Positions 38,231 to 46,139 are shown, counted from the stretch's first letter. The stretch is 64,000 bases of DNA from Actinomycetales bacterium (GCA_038322575.1 JBBQGB010000008.1:3559-67558); one strand, 5' to 3'. Numbers and translations: made by a program. The notes: generated from the sequence alone by a model not told the origin.

Positions 38231-39487
38231 CTAGCTCGAATCGACCTCGACGATGAGCAGGGCGACGTCGTCGTCGGCCGCACCGGCGTCCAGGCGCGAC
38301 AGCAGGACGTCGGCCAGCTCGTCCGGGTGCCCGGCGTCGGCGCCGGTCGCCACCTGACGCAGCTGCTCGAGGCGTGCGTCCAGCGACGTGCCGCGCACCT
38401 CGACCAGACCGTCGGTGTAGAGCACGAGCACGTCGCCGGGCACCAGCCGGTGCTCGTGGTCGTGCCGGTCGCTGCCCGGGTCGACCCCCAGCATCAGGTC
38501 GACGCTGGTCTCCAGGAAGTCCGCCCGGTCGCCGCGCACCAGCAGCGGCGGCAGGTGGCCCGCGTTGGTCCACTGCAGCCGCCACGTGCCGTCCCCGTCG
38601 GGGTGCAGCCGCGCGACCACGCAGGTGCCGGTGGCGTCCAGGGCCAGGGTGGCCGACGTCCGCTCCAGGCGGGTCACGACGCCGCTGGGCGACTCGGCGC
38701 GGTCGACGGCGTGGGCCCGGACGGTGTGCCGCAGCGCCGCCATCCGGGCCGCGGCGCTGACGTCGTGGCCGCTGACGTCGCCGATGACCACCACCAGGTC
38801 GCCCTCGACCGCGAAGGCGTCGTACCAGTCGCCCCCGACGTCCAGACCACGGGTGGCGGGGGAGTAGCGCGCAGCCAGGTGCAGCCCGGGCACCGCGGGC
38901 AGCGGCGGCAGCAGGCTGGTCTGCAGGGCGGTCGCCACGGCGCGCTGCACCTCGAGCAGCCGGGCCGCCTCGAGGGCCACACCCAGGTGTGCGGCGACGT
39001 CGGCCAGGGCCGTGACGTCGTCGGGGCGGAACGTGGTGCGGGTGCCCAGGGTCAGCACGCCGACCGCCGTGTCGCGGGCGGCCAGGCGGATGAGCAGCAC
39101 CTCGTGCGCCCCGTACGACAGCGCCATCGCCGCCTGGGCGGCGCGGTGCGGGTCGCCGGAGGCGGCCACCGCGGCCAGCTCGGGCGCCCGCAGGTGCATC
39201 GTCGCGTCGGGGGACCGCAGCAGGGTGGGCAGCAGACCCTGCGACCCGGCCGAGGACCGGCGCGGTGACCGCTGGCCGGGTGACCGCGACCCCATCGACA
39301 CGGGCAGCGCGAGTGCGCCGTCGGCGCCGTACGCCGCGACGCGCACGACGAGGTCGGGGTCGTCCAACCGGTCGGCGATGACCCAGTCCGCCACCGCGAG
39401 CAGCACCCGGGCGCTGCGATCCAGGATGGTGGCGCTGTCGGTGGCCGACGACGTGGCGCGCACGACGTCGGTGAGCAGGTCGGGCAT
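38231..39487 (-). CDS. GAF-domain PP2C-family (SpoIIE-type) protein serine/threonine phosphatase
   Basis: N-terminal GAF-like ~180 aa. The C-terminal PP2C motifs are GGDWYDAF, VVIGDVSGHD and LVLYTDGLVE. Confidence 0.8.
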   Translation of the reverse strand: MPDLLTDVVRATSSATDSATILDRSARVLLAVADWVIADRLDDPDLVVRVAAYGADGALALPVSMGSRSPGQRSPRRSSAGSQGLLPTLLRSPDATMHLRAPELAAVAASGDPHRAAQAAMALSYGAHEVLLIRLAARDTAVGVLTLGTRTTFRPDDVTALADVAAHLGVALEAARLLEVQRAVATALQTSLLPPLPAVPGLHLAARYSPATRGLDVGGDWYDAFAVEGDLVVVIGDVSGHDVSAAARMAALRHTVRAHAVDRAESPSGVVTRLERTSATLALDATGTCVVARLHPDGDGTWRLQWTNAGHLPPLLVRGDRADFLETSVDLMLGVDPGSDRHDHEHRLVPGDVLVLYTDGLVEVRGTSLDARLEQLRQVATGADAGHPDELADVLLSRLDAGAADDDVALLIVEVDSS

Positions 39488-39491
39488 CTGC

Positions 39492-40202
39492 TCAGGCCCT
39501 CAGGTGGTGGTCGAAGAACGCGAGCATGCGCGCCCAGGCGTCGTCAGCCGCGACCGGGTCGTGGCCGAGGCCGGCAACCCGCTCGAGCGACGCGAACGGA
39601 CCGGTGCGGTGCTGGTTGAGGAACGAGTGGCCGGCGTCGGGGTACTCCTTGACGTCGTGCTCGACCCCCAGCTCGGTCAGCACGGACTCGAGCCGGCCGG
39701 CCACCCCGCGCAGCATCGGGTCGCGCCGTCCGTAGCTCGCGACGACCGGGCAGGCGCCGGCCAGGACGGTGCGCGCCTCACGCGGCAGCGGCCCGTAGCT
39801 CGGCGCCGCTGCGTCGAAGCCGCGGGCGGCCAGCAGCAGCGCGAACCCCCCGCCCATGCAGAACCCGAGCACCCCCACCGGCCCGGCGCAGTCCGGCCGG
39901 CCGGTCAGCCAGTCGCGGACGGCCAGGACGTCGTCGACGGCCGCCCCGTGCCCGCTGGTCAGGGCGCCGAACGTCGCCCGCAGGCACCGCAGGGCGCCGC
40001 CGGCGCTGAACAGGTCGGGAGCGACGGCGAGGAACCCCGCGCCCGCGAGCCGGTCGTTCTGCCGGCGGATGTCGTCGGTGAGGCCCAGCAGCTCGTGCAG
40101 GACGACGACCCCCGGCCACGGCCCCCCGCCGCCGGGTGGCACGGAAAGGTGCGCGCGCAGCAGGGGCGTGCTCACCCCACCGGGCACCAGGACGTCGACC
40201 AT
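39492..40202 (-). CDS. dienelactone hydrolase family protein
   Basis: Has VVVLHELLGL, the nucleophile region GVLGFCMGGGFAL, and a late D...H (YPDAGHSF). Its end lies 4 nt from the phosphatase start. Confidence 0.8.
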   Translation of the reverse strand: MVDVLVPGGVSTPLLRAHLSVPPGGGGPWPGVVVLHELLGLTDDIRRQNDRLAGAGFLAVAPDLFSAGGALRCLRATFGALTSGHGAAVDDVLAVRDWLTGRPDCAGPVGVLGFCMGGGFALLLAARGFDAAAPSYGPLPREARTVLAGACPVVASYGRRDPMLRGVAGRLESVLTELGVEHDVKEYPDAGHSFLNQHRTGPFASLERVAGLGHDPVAADDAWARMLAFFDHHLRA

Positions 40203-40267
40203 GAGCTGATCCTGTCAATATCACCGGCCGTGGCGCCAGCGTGACTCGGTGCCACCACCGGCTCGGG

Positions 40268-41344
40268 CTAGCCCGACCGGCGGCGGTCCAGCCCCCAGAC
40301 GACGGCGGCGTGAGGGAACGTCAGGGCCAGCAGTACGCCGACCTCGGCCTGCAGCCCGGCCAGGTCGCGGGCCCACCACAGGCCCAGCACCGCGAGCAGC
40401 GCCACGGCGGCCGGCAGGGCCGCGGCCCGGGCCAGGACGCGACCGGCGGTCGACCACGCGGGGGTGGCCCCCTCGTCGGAGCGGTCGGAGCGGTCGGAGC
40501 GGTCGGAGCGGTCGGAGCGGTCGGAGCGGTCGGACCGCGCGGCCCCGCGGGCCAGGTCGAGCAGCCGGCCGGTGTGGCGCAGCGAGTGCCACAGGCCGAA
40601 GTAGACGCCGAAGGCAGCCAGCGGCGGCGCCAGGGTGAAGGTCGCGGCGAGCAGGGCCAGCTCGGCCGCCTCCAGGTGCCGGCGGGCGCGCACCAGGACG
40701 ACCAGGGCCACGACCACGCTGACGGCGAGGAGCACCAGACCAGGCACCCGGGCCGCCTGGGCCGTCTCGGCGAGCCGCGGTGACAGGCCGGCCAGCAGGA
40801 CGCCGATGTCGCGGGGCCGGGCCCACAGCAGCAGCCCCACGACGACCGCGCCGTGCGCGAGGGCCAGCGACCAGTCCTCGCGGGAGGTGGGCACCCGGCG
40901 TCCGGCCCGCTCGGCGGAGGTCACGACCTCGCCGCGGCCGAAGTGGACGGCGGACAGCACCAGGAAGGCCGCCAGCGCCGGGGTCGGGGCGAGGAGGAAG
41001 GCGCCGAGCGCGAGGGCGGCGACGGCGGCGTACGCACCGGCGAACAGCGCCAGCCGCGTCGTGCTCGGGCGGCGCGAGCCGCCGCGCGGGTCGCCGGCAC
41101 CCCACCACCACGGGACGAGGTGGTCGACGGCGCCGTGCGGGACGCCCAGGGCGACACCCACCAGGGCGAGGGGCAGGGCCAGGGACGAGGTCAGGGCGGG
41201 CGCAGCGACGGCGAGCAGCAGGAGCGAGCCCATCGCCGCCACCGGGACCCAGGTGAGCCAGGGCAGGGCCTGCATGGCAGGGCCCGAACGCGCACCGACC
41301 GGCCACCGCGAGGTCGCGGTGGCCGGTCGGTGCAGCAGGGACAT
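40268..41344 (-). CDS. blh: Brp/Blh-family beta-carotene 15,15'-dioxygenase (retinal synthase)
   Basis: Polytopic membrane protein with the four conserved His contexts GVPHGAVD, SAVHFG, FGLWHSLRH and TFPHAAV. It lies 16 nt downstream of the rhodopsin gene. The start could alternatively be the internal ATG at 41275. Confidence 0.85.
   Translation of the reverse strand: MSLLHRPATATSRWPVGARSGPAMQALPWLTWVPVAAMGSLLLLAVAAPALTSSLALPLALVGVALGVPHGAVDHLVPWWWGAGDPRGGSRRPSTTRLALFAGAYAAVAALALGAFLLAPTPALAAFLVLSAVHFGRGEVVTSAERAGRRVPTSREDWSLALAHGAVVVGLLLWARPRDIGVLLAGLSPRLAETAQAARVPGLVLLAVSVVVALVVLVRARRHLEAAELALLAATFTLAPPLAAFGVYFGLWHSLRHTGRLLDLARGAARSDRSDRSDRSDRSDRSDRSDEGATPAWSTAGRVLARAAALPAAVALLAVLGLWWARDLAGLQAEVGVLLALTFPHAAVVWGLDRRRSG
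40475..40537 (-). repeat. in-frame 9-bp tandem repeat (GTCGGAGCG x6 plus one imperfect unit) encoding (RSD)n inside blh
   Basis: Direct reading of 40475-40537. The translated loop is ARSDRSDRSDRSDRSDRSDRSDEG, between the FGLWHSLRH helix and the last TM segments. Confidence 0.95.
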
Positions 41345-41360
41345 GAACGTCAGCCGATCC

Positions 41361-42209
41361 TCAGACCCGAGCGCCGCTGGGCGCCGTGGCGTCCGGCACG
41401 AGCTCGTCGTCGGAGTACGTCGGGTCCTCGAGACCGCTCTTGACGCGGGCGATCTTGTAGATGGCCAGGCCGTACGCCGCCTTGGCGAAGATGTCGGCGA
41501 GGCTGTAGCCGCCCTGGCGCAGGACGAACCCGCTGGCGCCGCCGAAGAAGTCGCCGCCGATCATCGGGAACAGGTAGGCGATGGGGTAGACGCCCCACAG
41601 GCCGACCAGCGCGAGGCGGAGCATCTTGATCGTGTGCTGCACCTCGACGGGCTGGCGCACCAGCGAGCGCGACAGCTCGACGAACAGCACGTAGAGCAGG
41701 TAGATGAAGGGGATCGTCGACAGGAAGCCCCACAGCGCGCGGGAGCCGACGGTGGTGGCGATCTCACCCGGGTAGCCGAGCAGGATCATCAGGGCCGAGG
41801 CCGGCACCAGCTTGTAGAGCAGCCCGCGCTGGGCGACGCGGCCCAGGGCCATGACGGCGACCGTCTCGACGAGCAGCAGCGGCACGGTCAGCAGCCAGTC
41901 GACGTACCGGTAGGCCTCGTTGAACTCGATGTTCGAGAGGTTGTGCGGCGCGCTGACCGAGCTGCCCGGGGGGTAGCTCTCGTTGAAGTTGCTGAAGATC
42001 CGGAAGTAGTGGTACGCCGCGATGCCACAGACGATCGCCGAGACGACCAGTGCGTTGCGGTAGCGCGGCGCGACGCGCCCGCGCGAGAGGAGCAGGAACA
42101 GCGCCGTGAAGAGCATCGACGCGATGACGAGTGAGAAGAGGTTGTAGACGGTGGCGAACTGACCCGCGGAGAGCGAGGGGATGTTGACGCCTGATACGTC
42201 GGTGAGCAT
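41361..42209 (-). CDS. microbial (type-1) rhodopsin, proteorhodopsin/xanthorhodopsin-clade outward proton pump type (DTE motif)
   Basis: Seven TM segments. Helix C is RYVDWLLTVPLLLVE (D/T/E) and helix G is SLADIFAKAAYG (Asp-x3-Lys Schiff base). Helix B has the His in AAYHYF. The start is taken at ATG 42209 (GGGAG 6 nt upstream); the ORF-track start at 42233 adds 8 aa. Confidence 0.9.
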   Translation of the reverse strand: MLTDVSGVNIPSLSAGQFATVYNLFSLVIASMLFTALFLLLSRGRVAPRYRNALVVSAIVCGIAAYHYFRIFSNFNESYPPGSSVSAPHNLSNIEFNEAYRYVDWLLTVPLLLVETVAVMALGRVAQRGLLYKLVPASALMILLGYPGEIATTVGSRALWGFLSTIPFIYLLYVLFVELSRSLVRQPVEVQHTIKMLRLALVGLWGVYPIAYLFPMIGGDFFGGASGFVLRQGGYSLADIFAKAAYGLAIYKIARVKSGLEDPTYSDDELVPDATAPSGARV

Positions 42210-42296
42210 GACGACTCCCAGGTGATGCGGCACCTATGCCGCCTTCTTCGTGACCACTCACCGAGGGCTCGGCGAGGCAGGGCCAGTTCTACGCCC

Positions 42297-42335
42297 GGTG
42301 AAGATCCAAGAGCAACTCGTGCAGGTTTGGTGAAG
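42297..42335 (-). promoter_or_regulatory. two GGTGAAG (CTTCACC on the coding strand) direct repeats 32 bp apart in the regulator-rhodopsin spacer (candidate operator/promoter region)
   Basis: Copies are read at 42297-42303 and 42329-42335. They are located 90-125 nt upstream of the rhodopsin start. No consensus was tested. Confidence 0.25.
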
Positions 42336-42343
42336 CGCTTTGG

Positions 42344-43261
42344 TCACGGCACCGCCGTCGCCGAGGCGCGGCGCGCCCACGCGAGGGCGAGGCGGTCGAC
42401 CGCGTCGGCCAGGCTCACGCACAGCGTCGCCGGCCCGCCGTCGACGCCGGACCACCCCGGCCCACCCACCAGCAGCATGAGCCGGCGGTGGGCTCGGGCG
42501 ACGGCCGTCAGCCCCGGTGCCGCAGCACCGTCGGGCGAGCTGAGCCACACCAGGACGCCGGCTGCCCGGGTGCGGCGCGCCGCGCTGGCCAGGGACGTCA
42601 TCGGCGTCCGCGCCCCCAGCAGCCGGGCCGGCACCCCCTGCTCGGCCAGGGCCGACCGCACGGCGTGCAGCGCGAGGACGTGCTCCTCGTGCGGGCCACC
42701 CGCGAGCAAGACGGGGTTCTCTCGTGCAGGTTCGGGAAGACGCGCGACGTGACGGACGAAGGCGGTGGTCAGCGCCTGGGTGAGCATGTGCTCGACCTCG
42801 ATGCCCTCGCCGGTGCGCTGCCAGTGCTCACCGGCGGCGACGAGCACCGGGCGCAGCGCCAGGTCCCACGCCGTCAACGTCCCCTGCTCGCCGAGCAGGT
42901 CCAGGACGGTGTCCTCGACGGCCATCTCGTCCAGGCGCGCGGCCGCCCGGGCCAGGCCCCGGGCCGCTCTGCCGGCGCCCGGCACCGCGAGCACCGCGCC
43001 GCCGGGCCCGCCGCGGCGCGGGGGGCCCGGGGGACCTGGCGCGACGCCGTTGACGAGGGCGGCCGCCGCGGCCGGGCTGGTGCCCGACACCACGGCCTCG
43101 TGCACCTGCTGGAGCCGCTGGAGGTCCTCGGCGGTGAAGCGCCGGTGGCCACCGGGCGAGCGGGCCGAGGCGGTCAGCCCGTAGCGCCGGCCCCACATGC
43201 GCACTGTCGAGGCGGACACACCCAGCCGGGCGGCCACCTCACCCACCGGCAGCAGGCTCAC
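42344..43261 (-). CDS. MerR-family regulator with C-terminal cobalamin-binding domain (CarH/LitR-like candidate B12 photoreceptor)
   Basis: The N-terminal MerR HTH is VGEVAARLGVSASTVRMWGRRYGL...GGHRRFTAEDL. Downstream are W147-x9-E157-H158 (WQRTGEGIEVEH) and PHEEH194VLAL, followed by a Rossmann-like LLGARTP...GVLVWLS...LMLLVGGPG. Confidence 0.7.
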   Translation of the reverse strand: MSLLPVGEVAARLGVSASTVRMWGRRYGLTASARSPGGHRRFTAEDLQRLQQVHEAVVSGTSPAAAAALVNGVAPGPPGPPRRGGPGGAVLAVPGAGRAARGLARAAARLDEMAVEDTVLDLLGEQGTLTAWDLALRPVLVAAGEHWQRTGEGIEVEHMLTQALTTAFVRHVARLPEPARENPVLLAGGPHEEHVLALHAVRSALAEQGVPARLLGARTPMTSLASAARRTRAAGVLVWLSSPDGAAAPGLTAVARAHRRLMLLVGGPGWSGVDGGPATLCVSLADAVDRLALAWARRASATAVP

Positions 43262-43272
43262 GAGGGCTCGTC

Positions 43273-44544
43273 TCAGCGCCGGGCGAGGGCGTCACGCATC
43301 GGCACCAGCTTCGCGTCGCTCTCGGCGAGCTCGGCCTCGGGTGCCGACCCGGCGACGATCCCGCACCCGGCGAACAGCCGCAGCCGCCCGGCGTCCCGGT
43401 CGACCTGGGCGCAGCGCAGGGCGATGCCCCACTCGCCGTCACCGCGACCGTCGATCCACCCCACCGGCCCCGAGTACCGGCCGCGGTCCATGCCCTCGAG
43501 CTCGCGGATGGCCCGCAGGGCGACGGGTGTGGGCGTTCCGCAGACGGCCGCCGTCGGGTGCAGGGCGGCGGCCAGGCCGAGCGAGCTGGCGCCGTCCGCG
43601 AGGACACCGGCGACGTCGGTGGCCAGGTGCATGACGTTGGCCAGGTGCAGCACGAACGGCGACTCGGGGACGTTCATCGACGAGCAGTGCGGTGCCAGGG
43701 CCTCGGCGAGGGACCGGACGGCGTACTCGTGCTCCTCGAGGTCCTTGCTGCTGCGCGCGAGCGACCCCGCGAGCACCAGGTCGTGGTCGTCGTCGCCGGT
43801 GCGCCGGATGGTGCCGGCCAGCACCCGCGAGTGCACCAGCCCGCGCTCGAGGCGCACCAGCAGCTCGGGGGTGGCGCCGACCAGGCCGTCGACGGCAAAG
43901 GTCCAGCACCCGGGGTAGCGCTCGGCCAGCCCGGCCAACAGCCAGCGCGGGTCGACGGCGCACTCGGTGGTCGCCAGCAGGTCACGTGCCAGGACGACCT
44001 TGTCGACCGCCCCGGTGCCGATGCGTGCCACGGCGGCCGCGACCACCTGCTCCCACTGTGGTCCGGTCATCGCACCGTCGGCGTAGGCCACCTCACCGGG
44101 GGCGAGCGGCTCGTGGGGACGCAGCCGGGGCGCGGCGGCCAGGGAGGCCTCGGGGGCGATGGTCGTCACCCACCACCGACCGGCCCGGTGGCCGACGACG
44201 ACCTCGGGCACCACGAGCGCGCCCCCCTCGGGCGAGCGGTCGTCGAAGGAGAACGACCCGAACGCGACCGGCCCGCTGCCGGGCAGGCCGACGTCGTCGC
44301 GCACCACGGTGCGGGCGAGCAGCGCCCGCCACCACTGCTCGGCGTCGGCGAACTGCGACCCGCCCGCCGCGGTGAAGCGGGCGGTCTGGCCCCACCCGAC
44401 CAGACCCTCGCCGCGGCGCACCCACGACAGCACCGGCGTGTCCGGCAGCAGGGCCAGCAGGGGGCCGGGGTCGGCGATCTCGCTGGTCCGCACGACCAGC
44501 CCCAGCACGGGGTCGCCGTCGAGCGACGCGGTGAGGATCGACAC
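43273..44544 (-). CDS. menF: isochorismate synthase
   Basis: Chorismate-binding domain: [64 protein letters not shown]. The start is taken at GTG 44544. Confidence 0.85.
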   Translation of the reverse strand: MSILTASLDGDPVLGLVVRTSEIADPGPLLALLPDTPVLSWVRRGEGLVGWGQTARFTAAGGSQFADAEQWWRALLARTVVRDDVGLPGSGPVAFGSFSFDDRSPEGGALVVPEVVVGHRAGRWWVTTIAPEASLAAAPRLRPHEPLAPGEVAYADGAMTGPQWEQVVAAAVARIGTGAVDKVVLARDLLATTECAVDPRWLLAGLAERYPGCWTFAVDGLVGATPELLVRLERGLVHSRVLAGTIRRTGDDDHDLVLAGSLARSSKDLEEHEYAVRSLAEALAPHCSSMNVPESPFVLHLANVMHLATDVAGVLADGASSLGLAAALHPTAAVCGTPTPVALRAIRELEGMDRGRYSGPVGWIDGRGDGEWGIALRCAQVDRDAGRLRLFAGCGIVAGSAPEAELAESDAKLVPMRDALARR

Positions 44545-44650
44545 GCGGTCAAGAGTAGGTCGCCGTGCTCGCACCCGCCGGGGGAGTGGCGCGGAGCGCG
44601 GTGGCGCGCAGCCCGGTGGCGCGCCGCACCGCCGGTGCGAGGATGACGGG

Positions 44651-45349
44651 GTGAGCAGAGCGAGTCTGGCCAAGGCGCCCCACGAGGTCGCCGCGATGTT
44701 CGACGACGTGGCCCGGCGCTACGACCTGACCAACGACGTGCTGTCGCTCGGCCAGGACCGCGCCTGGCGGCGCGCGGTCGTGCGGGCCGTCGACCCGCGA
44801 CCGGGCACGGTCGTCCTCGACCTGGCCGCCGGGACGGGCACCAGCAGCGAGCCGTTCGAGGTGGCCGGTGCACGGGTGGTGCCCGCCGACTTCTCGCTGG
44901 GGATGCTGCGGGTGGGCAAGCGCCGCCGTCGCGACCTGGGCTTCACCGCCGCCGACGCGCTGCGGCTGCCGTTCGCCGACGCCTCGTTCGACGCCGTGAC
45001 GCTGTCGTTCGGGCTGCGCAACGTGGCCGACACCGACCTGGCCCTGCGTGAGCTGCTGCGGGTGACCCGCCCCGGTGGGCGCCTGGTGGTGTGCGAGTTC
45101 AGCCGGCCGCGCTGGGCGCCGTTCCGCCGTGTGTACGTCGACTACCTCGTGCGGGCGCTGCCCGGCGTGGCGAGGGTCGTGAGCTCCAACCCCGAGTCCT
45201 ACGTCTACCTCGCCGAGTCCATCCAGGGCTGGCCGGACCAGGCCGCACTGGCCGCGCGGGTTCGCGCCGCGGGCTGGGACGACGTCGCCTGGCGTGACCT
45301 GTCCGGCGGGATCGTCGCCCTGCACCGCGGCACCCGACCGCTCGTCTGA
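44651..45349 (+). CDS. menG: demethylmenaquinone methyltransferase
   Basis: UbiE/MenG signatures: [55 protein letters not shown]. The GTG at 44651 is divergent from menF. Confidence 0.9.
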   Translation: MSRASLAKAPHEVAAMFDDVARRYDLTNDVLSLGQDRAWRRAVVRAVDPRPGTVVLDLAAGTGTSSEPFEVAGARVVPADFSLGMLRVGKRRRRDLGFTAADALRLPFADASFDAVTLSFGLRNVADTDLALRELLRVTRPGGRLVVCEFSRPRWAPFRRVYVDYLVRALPGVARVVSSNPESYVYLAESIQGWPDQAALAARVRAAGWDDVAWRDLSGGIVALHRGTRPLV

Positions 45350-45434
45350 GGGACGGCGCCCGAGATGCGCGATCGGTCCCCCGGGGGTTGACTCGCAGTC
45401 GTAGGCGCGACCCCAACCGAAGGAGCTGACGGGC

Positions 45435-45608
45435 ATGGGCCTGGACGACAAGCTGAGCAACGCCAAGGACGACCTGCAGGGCAAGGCCAAGGAGGCCACC
45501 GGCAAGGTCACCGACAACGAGCGGCTCGAGGCCGAGGGCAAGGCCGACCAGTCCGCCGCCGACGCCAAGGCGGCCGGCGAGAAGGTCAAGGACGTCTTCA
45601 AGCACTGA
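45435..45608 (+). CDS. CsbD-family small stress protein (57 aa, below the ORF-track cutoff)
   Basis: ATG at 45435 lies 9 nt after GAAGGAG. The translation is MGLDDKLSNAKDDLQGKAKEATGKVTDNERLEAEGKADQSAADAKAAGEKVKDVFKH, the classic CsbD pattern. Confidence 0.7.
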   Translation: MGLDDKLSNAKDDLQGKAKEATGKVTDNERLEAEGKADQSAADAKAAGEKVKDVFKH

Positions 45609-45624
45609 CCGCCCCGACGTTCCT

Positions 45625-45660
45625 GCGGCCGGCCCTCTGACACACCGGGGGGCCGGTCGT
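45625..45660 (+). terminator. GC-rich hairpin after the csbD-like gene (possible terminator, no U-tract)
   Basis: CCGGCCC (45629-35) pairs with GGGCCGG (45650-56), extendable by G-C/G-U pairs. It lies 17 nt after the stop. Confidence 0.3.
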
Positions 45661-45725
45661 CGTCATGCTGCGAGGTCATAGACTGCGACGGTGCTCGTGA
45701 ACCGGGTCACAAGCGGCCCGGCAGC

Positions 45726-46139
45726 ATGTCAACCGAGAACCAGCAGCACGACCAACCAGCAGAGGGGAGCGGGAGCGGCGTGAACCCCTATGTGCCGATC
45801 CTCGTCCTGTTCGCCATCGGCGCCGGCTTCGCGGTCTTCTCGGTCCTGGCCGGGTCGCTGTCGGGACCCAAGCGCTACAACCGGGCCAAGCTCGACGCCT
45901 ACGAGTGCGGTATCGAGCCGACCCCGCACGCCGTGGGCGGCGGCCGGTTTCCCGTCAAGTACTACCTGACAGCGATGCTCTTCATCATCTTCGACATCGA
46001 GTCGGTGTTCCTGTTCCCGTTCGCGGTCGGCTTCGGCCAGCTCGGGATCTTCGCCCTCGTCGAGATGGTGCTGTTCATCCTCACCGTGTTCGTTGCGTAC
46101 GCCTACGTCTGGCGTCGCGGCGGGCTGGAATGGGACTGA
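45726..46139 (+). CDS. nuoA: NADH-quinone oxidoreductase subunit A
   Basis: Has YECGIEP...[24 protein letters not shown] and three TM segments. It is first in the nuo operon. Confidence 0.9.
   Translation: MSTENQQHDQPAEGSGSGVNPYVPILVLFAIGAGFAVFSVLAGSLSGPKRYNRAKLDAYECGIEPTPHAVGGGRFPVKYYLTAMLFIIFDIESVFLFPFAVGFGQLGIFALVEMVLFILTVFVAYAYVWRRGGLEWD

Noticed and set aside
40475-40537. Possibility that the 9-bp repeat array is a CRISPR or other spacer-containing array.
   Set aside because: The units are directly adjacent with no spacers. The unit is only 9 bp, and the array lies in frame inside a conserved gene.
41361-42233. Alternative identities for the rhodopsin (sensory rhodopsin, chloride or sodium pump, heliorhodopsin).
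   Set aside because: The helix C motif is DTE, not NTQ/NDQ/TSA. The PR/XR-clade His in helix B and the D-x3-K in helix G are present. No transducer gene is adjacent, and the sequence lacks heliorhodopsin-type features. Pump function is still only predicted.
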